Shown here: positions 25,808 to 35,337 of the stretch, piece after piece | How positions within the stretch are numbered: the stretch's first letter is position 1 | Layout: each line of letters begins with the position of its first letter | Source: an uncultured bacterium | Lineage (GTDB): Bacteria; Auribacterota; UBA3054; JAPLST01 | Length of the DNA: 64,000 bases | Direction of reading: 5' to 3' | Assembly: GCA_964397565.1 (NCBI GenBank) | Contig: CAYNJC010000009.1 | Span: 10,182 to 74,181, forward strand | Translations under genes and position numbers: made by a program | Notes under the pieces: generated by a model | Databases searched by the model: none | What the model was told of the DNA's origin: nothing | The model's input: the letters and a program-made list of their open reading frames with translations, nothing else

Positions 25808-25861
25808 ATTGTAGCCGCCCGCGGCGAGGGCGGCGGCTCTGCCGCGGTCAACGCCCGCGGC
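25808..25861 (+). repeat. REP-like double-hairpin repeat, reference copy
   Basis: attgtagccgcccgcggcgagggcggcggctctgccgcggtcaacgcccgcggc. Two 7-bp hairpins: gccgccc/gggcggc and gccgcgg/ccgcggc. Confidence 0.85.
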
Positions 25862-25885
25862 CACAAGCAACGCTGCATTATAGCC

Positions 25886-27145
25886 CTACAACTCGCCGAA
25901 CAGTTCTGGCTGCTCGGCCAGCGTCGGCCGCGCCGTGCGGCCGGGCACACCCAACAGCAGTTGCGCGCGGATCGCCGCCGATGTCGTGCTCAGCCCGGTC
26001 AGCTTGCGCCCGCCGCAGGTGATGAAGTGGCGCGCGCGCTTCATGACCACGCCGAGCTTGTCCAAGTCCTCGACGCGTAGCGCCGCTTGGCTGCGCGACG
26101 CGACAATCCGTTTGGCCGAGCGCATGCCCACGCCCGGCACACGCAGCAACGTCTCATACTCCGCGCGGTTGATCTCGACCGGAAATTGTTCGAGATGCCG
26201 CAAGGCCCAGGCACACTTCGGATCTAGCTCGCGATCCAGATTTGGCTCCGCCGCATCGAGCACGTCCGCCGCCGTAAAGCCATAATAGCGCACCAGCCAG
26301 TCGGCTTGATACAGCCGATGCTCGCGCAGCATGTCCGGCGCCGGCGCCCACGGCAACCGCGCGTCATCATTGACCGGCACATAGGCCGAGTAGTACACGC
26401 GTTTCAGATGATAGGTCTGATACAAGCGTTCCGCCAGCAACAAAATCCGGTCGTCATTTTCGGGACTGGCGCTGACAATCAATTGCGTGCTTTGCCCGGC
26501 CGGCGCGAAGAGGGGTGCGCGCTTGAGCGTCTTGCGCTCATCGCGGTTGGCCGTGATGTTGTGCGCGATCTGCTGCATCGGCCCGAGAATACTGGCACGC
26601 GCCTTGTCGGGCGCAAGCCGGCGCAAGGATACCTCGCTCGGCAGCTCGATGTTGACGCTGATGCGGTCGGCGTAAAAGCCCGCGCGCCGGATCAACTCGG
26701 GGTCCGCCCCGGGAATTGCCTTCACATGGATGTAGCCGCGGAACGCCTCCTCGCGCCGCAGGCGCCGCACCACCTCGAGCATGCGCTCCATCGTATAATT
26801 CGGACTGCGCTCGACCCCCGAACTTAAAAATAAGCCCTCAATATAATTGCGCCGGTAAAACTGCACCGTCAGGTCCACCACTTCCTCGACCGTGAACGCT
26901 GCACGCGGCACATTGTTGCTGCAGCGATTGGCGCAATAGGCGCAATCGTACACGCAGCGATTGGTCAATAACAGTTTGAGCAATGAAATGCAACGCCCAT
27001 CATCCGACCAACTGTGGCAACAGCCCGCGGGTGTCGCGGCGCCCAGCCCGCCGCCCGCGTTGCGCCGACGGCTCCCGCTCGAGGCGCACGAGACGTCATA
27101 CTTCGCCGCCGCCGACAAGACCGCCAGTTTTTCCGCAACGCTCAT
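25886..27145 (-). CDS. Putative DNA modification/repair radical SAM protein with C-terminal HhH
   Basis: Start at [32 protein letters not shown] radical SAM cluster. LFLSSGV and [17 protein letters not shown] motifs. [15 protein letters not shown] helix-hairpin-helix. Confidence 0.8.
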   Translation of the reverse strand: MSVAEKLAVLSAAAKYDVSCASSGSRRRNAGGGLGAATPAGCCHSWSDDGRCISLLKLLLTNRCVYDCAYCANRCSNNVPRAAFTVEEVVDLTVQFYRRNYIEGLFLSSGVERSPNYTMERMLEVVRRLRREEAFRGYIHVKAIPGADPELIRRAGFYADRISVNIELPSEVSLRRLAPDKARASILGPMQQIAHNITANRDERKTLKRAPLFAPAGQSTQLIVSASPENDDRILLLAERLYQTYHLKRVYYSAYVPVNDDARLPWAPAPDMLREHRLYQADWLVRYYGFTAADVLDAAEPNLDRELDPKCAWALRHLEQFPVEINRAEYETLLRVPGVGMRSAKRIVASRSQAALRVEDLDKLGVVMKRARHFITCGGRKLTGLSTTSAAIRAQLLLGVPGRTARPTLAEQPELFGEL

Positions 27146-28245
27146 GTGACCGCGGTCAGCACCGTCTCCGCCACGTAGCGCAGTTGCTCGTCCGTCAATT
27201 CCGGATAAATCGGCAAGGCCAGCGTCTCGCAGGCCGCCCGCTCCGCCTCCGGAAACGCGCCCGGCCGGCAGCCCAGGTACGCAAAACACTTCTGCTGATG
27301 CAGCGCCACCGGATAATACACTTCGCTGCCAATCGTCGCCGCCTTCAGGGCCGCCAGCACCTTGTCGCGCTGCGGCACGCGAATGACATATTGATTGTAA
27401 ATCATGTAGCAGTCCGGGCGCACCGTCGGCGTGACAATTGCCGGGCATCTGGCAAAGGCGGCATTATACTTCGCCGCGTTCTTGCGCCGGCCTTCATGCC
27501 AGGCGTTGAGATATTTCAGTTTCACGCGCAGCACGGCTGCTTGCAGCGCATCCAGCCGGAAATTGCCGCCAATCAATGCGTGGTAATATTTCGGCTCCAT
27601 GCCGTGCATGCGCAGCTGCTTCATTTTTTCACACAGGGCCGCATCCGACGTGGTGACCAAGCCGCCATCGCCCGCGCCGCCAAGATTCTTCGAGGGGAAG
27701 AATGAGAAGCAACCGACTGTGCCCAGTGTGCCGGCCTGTTTGTCTTTGTAACGCGCGCCAATCGCCTGGGCCGCGTCCTCGATCACAAACAACTGGTGCT
27801 TACGCGCCAAGGCCAGCAGCGGATCCATGTCCACGCATTGGCCGTACAAATGCACCGGCATGATCGCCTTGGTGCGCGGCGTGATTGCCGCCGCAATCTT
27901 GCTGACATCCATATTGTACGTGTCCGGCACGATGTCGACAAAGACCGGCGTCGCGCCCAGCCGCGCCACCGAGCCGGCCGTCGCAAAAAACGTGTAGGGC
28001 GTGGTGATCACTTCATCGCCCGGGCCGATGCCGAGGGCCATCAAGGCCAGCAGCAGGGCGTCCGTGCCGGACGAGACGCCCACGGCATGCGGCGCGCCAA
28101 TGTATGCCGCGCATTCTTGTTCGAACGCGGCCACTTGCGGCCCCAGAATGAAATATTGCGACTCAAACACCTCGCTGACGGCCGCCATGATTTCGGCGCG
28201 CATCGGCGCGAACTGCGCTTTTAGATCAAGAAGGGGAACATTCAT
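27142..28245 (-). CDS. DegT/DnrJ/EryC1/StrS-family PLP-dependent sugar aminotransferase
   Basis: Full-length family pattern with [10 protein letters not shown] (PLP lysine). Its stop overlaps the radical SAM start (ATGA). Confidence 0.85.
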   Translation of the reverse strand: MNVPLLDLKAQFAPMRAEIMAAVSEVFESQYFILGPQVAAFEQECAAYIGAPHAVGVSSGTDALLLALMALGIGPGDEVITTPYTFFATAGSVARLGATPVFVDIVPDTYNMDVSKIAAAITPRTKAIMPVHLYGQCVDMDPLLALARKHQLFVIEDAAQAIGARYKDKQAGTLGTVGCFSFFPSKNLGGAGDGGLVTTSDAALCEKMKQLRMHGMEPKYYHALIGGNFRLDALQAAVLRVKLKYLNAWHEGRRKNAAKYNAAFARCPAIVTPTVRPDCYMIYNQYVIRVPQRDKVLAALKAATIGSEVYYPVALHQQKCFAYLGCRPGAFPEAERAACETLALPIYPELTDEQLRYVAETVLTAVT

Positions 28246-28290
28246 GGAATAGCATACAAAATTATGGGTGAAAGGTCAAGGGCAGGAGAA

Positions 28291-28368
28291 GTTTTCAGTT
28301 TTCGGTTTTCGGTTTCAGTATTGACGCACTAACGGTTCAACGTTCGATGTTGAATGTTCAGTGTTGAA
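28291..28368. repeat. Two heptamer arrays (GTTTTCR x4, then TGTTSAA-type x5)
   Basis: gttttca gttttcg gttttcg gtttcag (28291-28318) and ggttcaa cgttcga tgttgaa tgttcag tgttgaa (28334-28368). They fill the tsaC-degT spacer. Confidence 0.85.
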
Positions 28369-28371
28369 GAA

Positions 28372-28956
28372 TCAATGGTCGCAGGGCCAGGGCGCGACGC
28401 CGCGGCGCAGGCAGACCGGCGGATTAACGGTAAGATCCACCATCGTCGAATCGCCGCGCAGCGCCGTTGGGCCGGCATCAAGCACATACGCGGCGTGCGC
28501 TGCCACATTCGATGTTGCCGCGGCATCATACGGGCTGGGCTCGCCGCTCAGATTTGCACTGGTGGCGACAACCGGCACGCCACACGCCCGCAGGAACGCC
28601 TGCGCCACTGGATCACTCGGAAAGCGGAACCCCGTCTTGACGCCGGCCACGTCGAGCAGAAACGTGATCGGCCCGGGCCAGTGCGATTGCAATCGACACA
28701 AAATGTCGATTGTAATCGTCCCGGCCAGTCGATTGAACATGGCCCAGTCGCCAATGTGGTAGGCAAACGGTTTGTCGGCCGGGCGTTGTTTGGCGGCGTA
28801 GATGCGTTCAACGGCGGCGGGATTATCGGCGCGCGCGCCAATGCCGTAGCAGGTTTCGGTTGGGAAAATGACCAGCTCGCCGTGCAGCAGGGCGGCAACC
28901 GCCGGCTGCAACACGGTCGGCAGGTCAGCCGCCGGTGCTATGACCAGCGGGTTCAT
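28372..28956 (-). CDS. tsaC: L-threonylcarbamoyladenylate synthase (YrdC/TsaC family)
   Basis: VIFPTETCYGIGA and ATSANLSGEPS motifs. 194 aa. Its start overlaps the stop of the PEP-CTERM gene (ATGA). Confidence 0.8.
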   Translation of the reverse strand: MNPLVIAPAADLPTVLQPAVAALLHGELVIFPTETCYGIGARADNPAAVERIYAAKQRPADKPFAYHIGDWAMFNRLAGTITIDILCRLQSHWPGPITFLLDVAGVKTGFRFPSDPVAQAFLRACGVPVVATSANLSGEPSPYDAAATSNVAAHAAYVLDAGPTALRGDSTMVDLTVNPPVCLRRGVAPWPCDH

Positions 28957-30983
28957 CCGCGCCGGTGGCGGCGGGCGGCACAGAGCCAGACGAGCACCAA
29001 CGGCACCAGGCCAGTCAGCAGTTGCAGCGGTTCGGGCACCACCCGGAACTCGAACGCGAAATCATAGGGAATGCCGGCATAGATGGACCAGTTGGTCACG
29101 CCGAATGCTGCGCTGCGCCACACGCCCGTGCAGAGCGAAACATCCGCTGAGCGCATGGCCCAATACGTCCACGGCATGTCCGCAGAGATCTCGGCCTGCA
29201 CCGTCATCCAATAATGCTGGCCGGTGACCGGCACGAAAGGCGTCGCCAGCTCCGCCCAGCACTCATAGAAGAGGCCCAAGTCAATCTTTGACCAGTACAC
29301 ATTCGAGCCGTCGATGTGCCACGCGCTGATTTCATTGGTGGGCACGCATAGGGCCGGATCATGGTCATAGAGGTAGATGTTCCACGCCTGCGGTTTCACA
29401 AAAGCATAGCGCGCATCCCACCAGCGCAGATACTGAATGGGATCGGCCAGGGGCACGCCAAAGAGAAAATCGTCAGCACAGCGCGCCTCCATGCCGGACG
29501 GATTGGTGACGAGGGTGGAAACAACGCCATTGTTCAGGTTCGGTTCTTGCGTCCAGACCGGCAGGCCGGGGCACTCGCGATAGGTCATGCTGAACAACTG
29601 GGCCTGATTGGAAAGCGACGGATTCGCCAGCGAAACAGCGGCGACTTGGGTGGTCTGAACCATCTCCAACGGGGTGCCATCCGGGCAACTGACGATGACG
29701 GTGAAACTCGTCGCGGCACCGTCCGCCAGCGTGACCGACGGCGGCAACGGCTCGATGGGCCATGCGCCGAGGGCGGTCAGGCTGAAGGTGTCCAACGCGC
29801 CGGTGGTGTTGGTCAGCGTGAGCGCATGCGCCACCGTGGCGCCGGGGACGACCCGCTGCCATGAGAGCGGCGGCACGAGCAAACCGGGATCCGCAAGGAG
29901 CTCAAATGCGCAGTCAGAGAATGCCGTCCAGTTCGAAATACCGATGAAGGCAAACTGCAGCGCGCCGGTGGACAGTCGCACGGGCTGCGGCGTCATCAGC
30001 CAGAAGCTCTGCGGCGGAAAACCAAGGCAAGGCTGAAATGTGATCCAGAAATGCTGGCCGGTCGGCACATAGAACGCCGACGGCAGTTCCGCCCAGTACG
30101 AGCGGGTGTCCGCGCTGAAAGCATTGGTGGCCTCATGACATTGGTCGGCCGGAATATTGAGCCATTGCCAGAGCACGGTGCCGGGCGCGTTGGAGACGGT
30201 GTCGTGATCATACAGGTAGATATTCCAAGCATAAATGCCGGTCGCGGACGAATTCACGTTGAGCCACCACTGCATGTACTTGATCGGCTTGGTGGGCGTG
30301 TCGAACCGCACGTCATCCGCCATGCGCGCCTCAAAGGGAACATTGGTGGCGAGCTGCGCGGCATAGCCAAAGCCGCCCACGTCGGGCAATTGCGACCAGA
30401 GCGGCAGGCCGGGCGCCGCGGCATAGCCGGCGACACGCAGATAGTCCAGATGGCAATCATTGCCAAACATCGAGGTGAACTGGAAGGCAATGAACACCAG
30501 GTCTTGATTCTGCGCCATGGGCGGCAGCAGCAACGTTTGGCGCTGCCACTGATTGGCGGCGCCCGGGCGGGTGACGGTGGTGACGTCAACCCAGTCGGCG
30601 CCATTGGTCGAGACTTGCACGGTAACGGCGTCCAGATTGCTTGCATACTCAGTGTCGTGCGTCCAAGCGAAATCGGCGATGACGCGGTTGAACCCGCGCG
30701 TGGAGAAGGCCGCCTTGCGCGCAAGGCGGATTTGCTGACCGACGCCAGCGGTGTAAGAGTTGAAGCGCACGAAGTACGAACCTTCATACGGTGAAAAACC
30801 GGCCGGGTGCGCGCTGCTGCTCACAAAGTCAATGCTGGCAGCCGTACCCGCCACGAGTTGGGTAGTCCAGTCGGCCGGCAGCGTGCTGCTGTTGAAGCCT
30901 TCGCTGAAAATCATGGCAGCGCCACTGCGCGAACTCCACATCATCCCTGCCACAAGGGCTGCACAAAGAACACGTGTTTTCAT
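28953..30983 (-). CDS. Secreted PEP-CTERM-anchored protein with an internal domain duplication
   Basis: Signal peptide. C-terminal VVPEPLQLLTGLVPLVLVWLCAARRHRRG. Two ~200-aa paralogous modules, each containing AWNIYLYDHD and TGQH(F/Y)W. Confidence 0.8.
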   Translation of the reverse strand: MKTRVLCAALVAGMMWSSRSGAAMIFSEGFNSSTLPADWTTQLVAGTAASIDFVSSSAHPAGFSPYEGSYFVRFNSYTAGVGQQIRLARKAAFSTRGFNRVIADFAWTHDTEYASNLDAVTVQVSTNGADWVDVTTVTRPGAANQWQRQTLLLPPMAQNQDLVFIAFQFTSMFGNDCHLDYLRVAGYAAAPGLPLWSQLPDVGGFGYAAQLATNVPFEARMADDVRFDTPTKPIKYMQWWLNVNSSATGIYAWNIYLYDHDTVSNAPGTVLWQWLNIPADQCHEATNAFSADTRSYWAELPSAFYVPTGQHFWITFQPCLGFPPQSFWLMTPQPVRLSTGALQFAFIGISNWTAFSDCAFELLADPGLLVPPLSWQRVVPGATVAHALTLTNTTGALDTFSLTALGAWPIEPLPPSVTLADGAATSFTVIVSCPDGTPLEMVQTTQVAAVSLANPSLSNQAQLFSMTYRECPGLPVWTQEPNLNNGVVSTLVTNPSGMEARCADDFLFGVPLADPIQYLRWWDARYAFVKPQAWNIYLYDHDPALCVPTNEISAWHIDGSNVYWSKIDLGLFYECWAELATPFVPVTGQHYWMTVQAEISADMPWTYWAMRSADVSLCTGVWRSAAFGVTNWSIYAGIPYDFAFEFRVVPEPLQLLTGLVPLVLVWLCAARRHRRG

Positions 30984-31205
30984 AGCCGGCTCCTTAATTC
31001 TGTGCCAAATCGTTGATAGGGGCGGTCAGCGTTTCTTGCTGAACAATCTATAGGTTAACTATACGCTTTTACAGGAATGCTGTCAATATACCGCCATGCC
31101 CGGTTTGACGGCGGATCACCCTTTTCATTGAAATTCCGATATAAGCCAAAGCCCCAATATGGCGTGACTATCCGGCAGCGTCTGGCTGTAGGAACGTCCC
31201 CTGCT

Positions 31206-31230
31206 TTGAGTCCCGCCATGGGCGCGGATC
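31206..31230 (+). repeat. Conserved hairpin family, degenerate copy
   Basis: ttgagtcccgccatgggcgcggatc, preceded by ctgct as in the other copies. Confidence 0.55.
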
Positions 31231-31347
31231 AGGTACGTTGCATGTGACGCGGCGCGGAGTGCCGCGACCGCAGGCAGGTGTGGCAGCGTGTGGCAAATTG
31301 GCGTACCACTTCGTTATATCGGAGTTTCAGTCATTTTCTTTTTTCGG

Positions 31348-31376
31348 TTGACATCCCGGCGTGGATTTGCGAGAAT
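31348..31376 (+). promoter_or_regulatory. Candidate purB promoter
   Basis: TTGACA, 17-nt spacer, GAGAAT; about 50 nt before the ATG at 31425. Confidence 0.35.
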
Positions 31377-31424
31377 ATTCACTGATGTTTTACTGTTTCA
31401 CACCCAACAGGCACGGCACGATTC

Positions 31425-32873
31425 ATGGCGCCACCACACACTGAACGACCGGTCTACGAGAATCCCCTGGCAGAACGCTATGCCAGCGCGCGCATGGCCG
31501 CGCTGTTCGCGCCGCGCTATCGCATTCAGTTGTGGCGGCGGATTTGGATCGCGCTGGCAGTGGCCCAACGCGCGCTGGGCCTGCCTGTGCGCGCCGCGCA
31601 GATCGCCGCGCTGCAGCAGCACGCCGAGGATGTCAACCTTGCTGTCGCGCGCCAGATCGAGCGCGAGGTGCGCCATGACGTCATGGCGCATGTCCTGGCG
31701 TTTGGCCGGCAGGCGCCGGCCGCGGCCGGCATTCTTCATCTGGGCGCGACCAGTTGCGATATCACCGACAACGCCGACTTGATGATCTATCGCGACGCGC
31801 TTGGCGTGATCAGCGACCGCCTGGCGGACGTCCTGCGCGCGCTGGCCGCCTTTGCCCACAAAGAGCGCGCCCACGCCTGCCTGGGCTACACCCATTTGCA
31901 GCCCGCCCAAGTGACGACCATCGGCAAGCGCGCCAGCACTTGGCTGCAGGATTTCCAACTTGATTTTGAGCACATCCAGCAGGTGCGCGCAACGCTGAAG
32001 TTTCGCGGCCTCAAAGGCGCCACCGGCACGCAGGCCAGCTATCTCGAGTTGTTCCGCGGCGACGCGCGCAAGGTGCGCCAGCTCGAGCAGCGCGTCATGC
32101 GCGCCTGCGGTTTTACCAGTGTCTATGCCGTCTGCGGCCAGACCTATCCGCGCAAAGTGGACGCGCAGATTGTTGCCGCGCTGACCGGCGTGGCGCTGTC
32201 GGTCAGTAAAATGACCAATGACATTCGCTATTTACAGAGCGTGGGTGAACTCGAGGAACCCTTTGGCGCGAAACAGATCGGCTCGTCGGCGATGGCCTAC
32301 AAGCGCAATCCGATGCGCAGCGAACGCGCCGATTCGCTGGCGCGCCTATTGATTTCGCTCTGCAGCTCGCCGCAGATGACGGCCGCCACCCAGTTTCTCG
32401 AACGGACCCTGGACGACTCGGCCAATCGCCGGATCGTGATGCCCGAGGCATTTCTGGCCTGCGATGCAATTCTGTTGCTGGCGCGCGCCCTCGGCGGCGG
32501 TTTGACGGTCTATCCGCAGGTCGTCGCGCGGCGCGTGCGCGAGGCCCTGCCGTTCCTGGCGACCGAGGCCATCTTGATGCTGGCCACTGCGCAGGGCCGC
32601 AGCCGCCAAACGGTGCATGCGCGCATCCGCACCCACGCTATGGCCGCCACGCTGCAAGTGCGCGCGGGCGGCGCGAATGATTTGCTCGAACGCATCGCCG
32701 CCGATCCGGAGATCGGCCTCGACCTGCGCACGCTCCAGCGCGAGATGCGGCCGCAACGCTTTGTCGGATGCGCACCGGCGCAAGTAGCCGAGTATCTGGC
32801 CCATGACGTGCGCCCGCTGCTGCGGCGCTACCGGCGCGCCTTTCCCGACGACAACGCGCGCCTCAGCTACTGA
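31425..32873 (+). CDS. purB: Adenylosuccinate lyase
   Basis: Fumarate-lyase signature GSSAMAYKRNPMRSE and full-length similarity pattern. Confidence 0.9.
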   Translation: MAPPHTERPVYENPLAERYASARMAALFAPRYRIQLWRRIWIALAVAQRALGLPVRAAQIAALQQHAEDVNLAVARQIEREVRHDVMAHVLAFGRQAPAAAGILHLGATSCDITDNADLMIYRDALGVISDRLADVLRALAAFAHKERAHACLGYTHLQPAQVTTIGKRASTWLQDFQLDFEHIQQVRATLKFRGLKGATGTQASYLELFRGDARKVRQLEQRVMRACGFTSVYAVCGQTYPRKVDAQIVAALTGVALSVSKMTNDIRYLQSVGELEEPFGAKQIGSSAMAYKRNPMRSERADSLARLLISLCSSPQMTAATQFLERTLDDSANRRIVMPEAFLACDAILLLARALGGGLTVYPQVVARRVREALPFLATEAILMLATAQGRSRQTVHARIRTHAMAATLQVRAGGANDLLERIAADPEIGLDLRTLQREMRPQRFVGCAPAQVAEYLAHDVRPLLRRYRRAFPDDNARLSY

Positions 32874-32874
32874 C

Positions 32875-33309
32875 ATGCTCACGTTTTACCATGTCCGCGA
32901 GGTGGCCGGCTGCAGCCAGCCGCATGCCATCGAGGACATCCAATGGCTCGCGCGCCAGGGCATTCGCGCCTATTTGTCGTTATCGCGCGCACCGCTGCCG
33001 GCCGCCTGGATTGGGCAGCAGCCGCATCTGCATGTGCCGGTCGAAGATTTTACCGCACCGACCATCCCGGTGATGTACCACTGCGTCGAGTTTCTGGGCG
33101 CATGTGTGCGCGATCAGCAGCCGCCCGTGGTGCATTGCACAATGGGCTATGGCCGCACCGGCACGATTCTGGCCGCTTATTTGATTTATCACGGCGTGGC
33201 AGCCCAGGACGCGATTGCCGAAGTGCGCGTCGCGCGGCCCGGCGCGATTGAGACCGACCAGCAGGAACACGCCTTGTACGAGTTTGACGCCGATGTCCAC
33301 CGAGCATAG
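32875..33309 (+). CDS. Cys-based dual-specificity/tyrosine phosphatase-like protein
   Basis: Start MLTFYHV lies 1 nt after the purB stop. HCX5R loop VVHCTMGYGRTG. Confidence 0.7.
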   Translation: MLTFYHVREVAGCSQPHAIEDIQWLARQGIRAYLSLSRAPLPAAWIGQQPHLHVPVEDFTAPTIPVMYHCVEFLGACVRDQQPPVVHCTMGYGRTGTILAAYLIYHGVAAQDAIAEVRVARPGAIETDQQEHALYEFDADVHRA

Positions 33310-34861
33310 GCACATCACCCGCGCCGCCGGCATTAACAGCGCGGCGACTGGTCTCAGCCGCATTCTCGGCCTGCTGCGCGACATGACTTTGGCGTTTTTT
33401 TTCGGCACCAGCGGCCTCAACTCGGCGTTCCTGTTCGCGTTCACTATTCCCAATACGCTGCGGCGCCTGTTTGGCGAGGGCGCGATGTCCAGCGTGTTTG
33501 TCCCGCTCTTCGCCCACGAGCTGCATCACAACGGCAAAGAGCCGGCGCGTCAGGCCGCCGATGCCGTACTGACGCTCCTGACCGTCGTCTTGACCGGCAT
33601 CACCGTGCTGGTGAGCGTCGGCTGCCTTGTGGCCACGCGGTGGGTGCCGTCCGCCGACGCGCGCCTGACCTTGTTTCTAACCGCGCTGATGATGCCCTAC
33701 TGCATTCTGATCTGCCTTGCAGCGGTGTGCGGCGCAATGCTCAACACCCTCGGGCATTTCTCGCGGCCGGCGCTCTCGCCCGTGCTGCTCAACCTTGCGA
33801 TCATCGCCGCCGCGTTGCTGGCGGCCTGGCTCACGCCGGTTGAACAGACACGTGTTTATGTCGTGGCATTCGGCGTGTTGGTCGGCGGCGCGCTGCAATT
33901 GTGGCTGCAACTGCCGGCGCTGGCGCGGCGTGGCTTCATGCCGCGGCCTTTTTGGTCACTCACCCACCCGCTTGTGCGACAACTGTTGCCGTTGCTTGCG
34001 CCGGCGATTGTCGGTGTCGGCGTCGTGCAGCTCAATGTCATGGTGGACCGCATCATGGCCGTGGCGCTCAATGAGCGCGCCGTCTCAGTCCTGTTCTACG
34101 CCGATCGCCTGATTGAATTTCCGCTCGGCATTTTCGGCGTGGCGCTGGCGGTGGCCTTGCTGCCTACCATCAGTTTCTGCGCCGCGCGCGACGACAAGCA
34201 GGGCTTTACGCGCGCCATCGCTTTTTCGTTGCGGCAGGTTTGTTTCATCATTGTGCCGGCGCTGGTTGGGCTGTTGGTGCTGGCCGAGCCGATTGTGCAG
34301 CTCTTGTTCGAGCGCGGGCAGTTCACGCACGAAAGCACACATTTTGTCGTGCGCGCCCTGCGGTGTTACGCGGCCGGCTTGGTGCCGTTTGCGTTTGCCA
34401 AGATCATTGTGCCGGCTTTTTACGCGCGCAAAGACACGCGCACGCCGGTACTCGTCGGCGTGTCGGTCCTGGTGTTGAATGTCATTCTGAACCTGGTTTT
34501 GATGCGCACCTGGCTGCAGGAAGCCGGGCTGGCGCTCTCGACGACCATCTGCGCGTTCATCAATGTCGGCGTGCTGCTGATCTTGTTGCGTCGGGCCTGC
34601 GGGCCGATGGGCATGCGGGCGGTGGCGGTCTCGCTGGCGCGCATCACGCTGTTGGCGGCGGTCATGGCGGTCAGCGTGTGGTGGACCAGCGATGCGCTCA
34701 GCGCAATGCGCGCGGCGCCGCAGCTCGTCCTGCGCGGTGTACATTGTGCGCTGGCAATTGGTGCGGGCGTCACGGTTTATGTGCTTCTGGCATATTTCAC
34801 GCGCCAACCCGAGCTGATCGAGCTCTTGGCCGCATATTTCCGCAAGCGCGGCACTGAATAA
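33293..34861 (+). CDS. murJ: Lipid II flippase MurJ (MviN family)
   Basis: Start MSTEHRHITRAAGINSAATGLSRILGLLRDM. About 14 TM helices. Overlaps the phosphatase gene by 17 nt. Confidence 0.85.
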   Translation: MSTEHRHITRAAGINSAATGLSRILGLLRDMTLAFFFGTSGLNSAFLFAFTIPNTLRRLFGEGAMSSVFVPLFAHELHHNGKEPARQAADAVLTLLTVVLTGITVLVSVGCLVATRWVPSADARLTLFLTALMMPYCILICLAAVCGAMLNTLGHFSRPALSPVLLNLAIIAAALLAAWLTPVEQTRVYVVAFGVLVGGALQLWLQLPALARRGFMPRPFWSLTHPLVRQLLPLLAPAIVGVGVVQLNVMVDRIMAVALNERAVSVLFYADRLIEFPLGIFGVALAVALLPTISFCAARDDKQGFTRAIAFSLRQVCFIIVPALVGLLVLAEPIVQLLFERGQFTHESTHFVVRALRCYAAGLVPFAFAKIIVPAFYARKDTRTPVLVGVSVLVLNVILNLVLMRTWLQEAGLALSTTICAFINVGVLLILLRRACGPMGMRAVAVSLARITLLAAVMAVSVWWTSDALSAMRAAPQLVLRGVHCALAIGAGVTVYVLLAYFTRQPELIELLAAYFRKRGTE

Positions 34862-34940
34862 GTGGTTGCTGTGTTGCTGATCCCGGCCCACATAATAATG
34901 GCTGCTTACTAATGAGAGCGCGTTCCATTTTGCAGTGTTC

Positions 34941-35036
34941 TTGTAGCCGCCCGCGGTGAGGTCGGCTTCTGCAGCCGCGGTCATCCGCGCCGTTGACGGG
35001 ACTCCAAGCAGCTCCAAGCGGGTGCCCGCGGCCACA
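34941..35036 (+). repeat. REP-like double-hairpin repeat with a ~35-nt insertion in the second hairpin
   Basis: ttgtagccgcccgcggtgaggtcggcttctgcagccgcggtca...ggtgcccgcggccaca; 80 nt after the murJ stop. Confidence 0.7.
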
Positions 35037-35337
35037 ATGGGCATGACACCAAGTTAGCGCATTCATTGGTAACACCAAGAGATGACGGCTTGAATTCCTC
35101 AAACAGGCGTTCTTAGTGTGCCAATCGACCATCTCAGGCCGAAAAGCACCCCGTTTTCAGCCGTAATATTCTACATTGCAATGCCTTGCTGTGGTCCGAC
35201 CCCGACGGCGACCCCGGTGGCCACTAAACATCGCTTGCCACCCGTGACGGTAATTTTCTTCCGTATCCGGTTCATTGTACTAAAAATGCCATTTCGCTTG
35301 ACTTTTGCGCGCGTTTCTGGCATTATTAGAGCACAGC

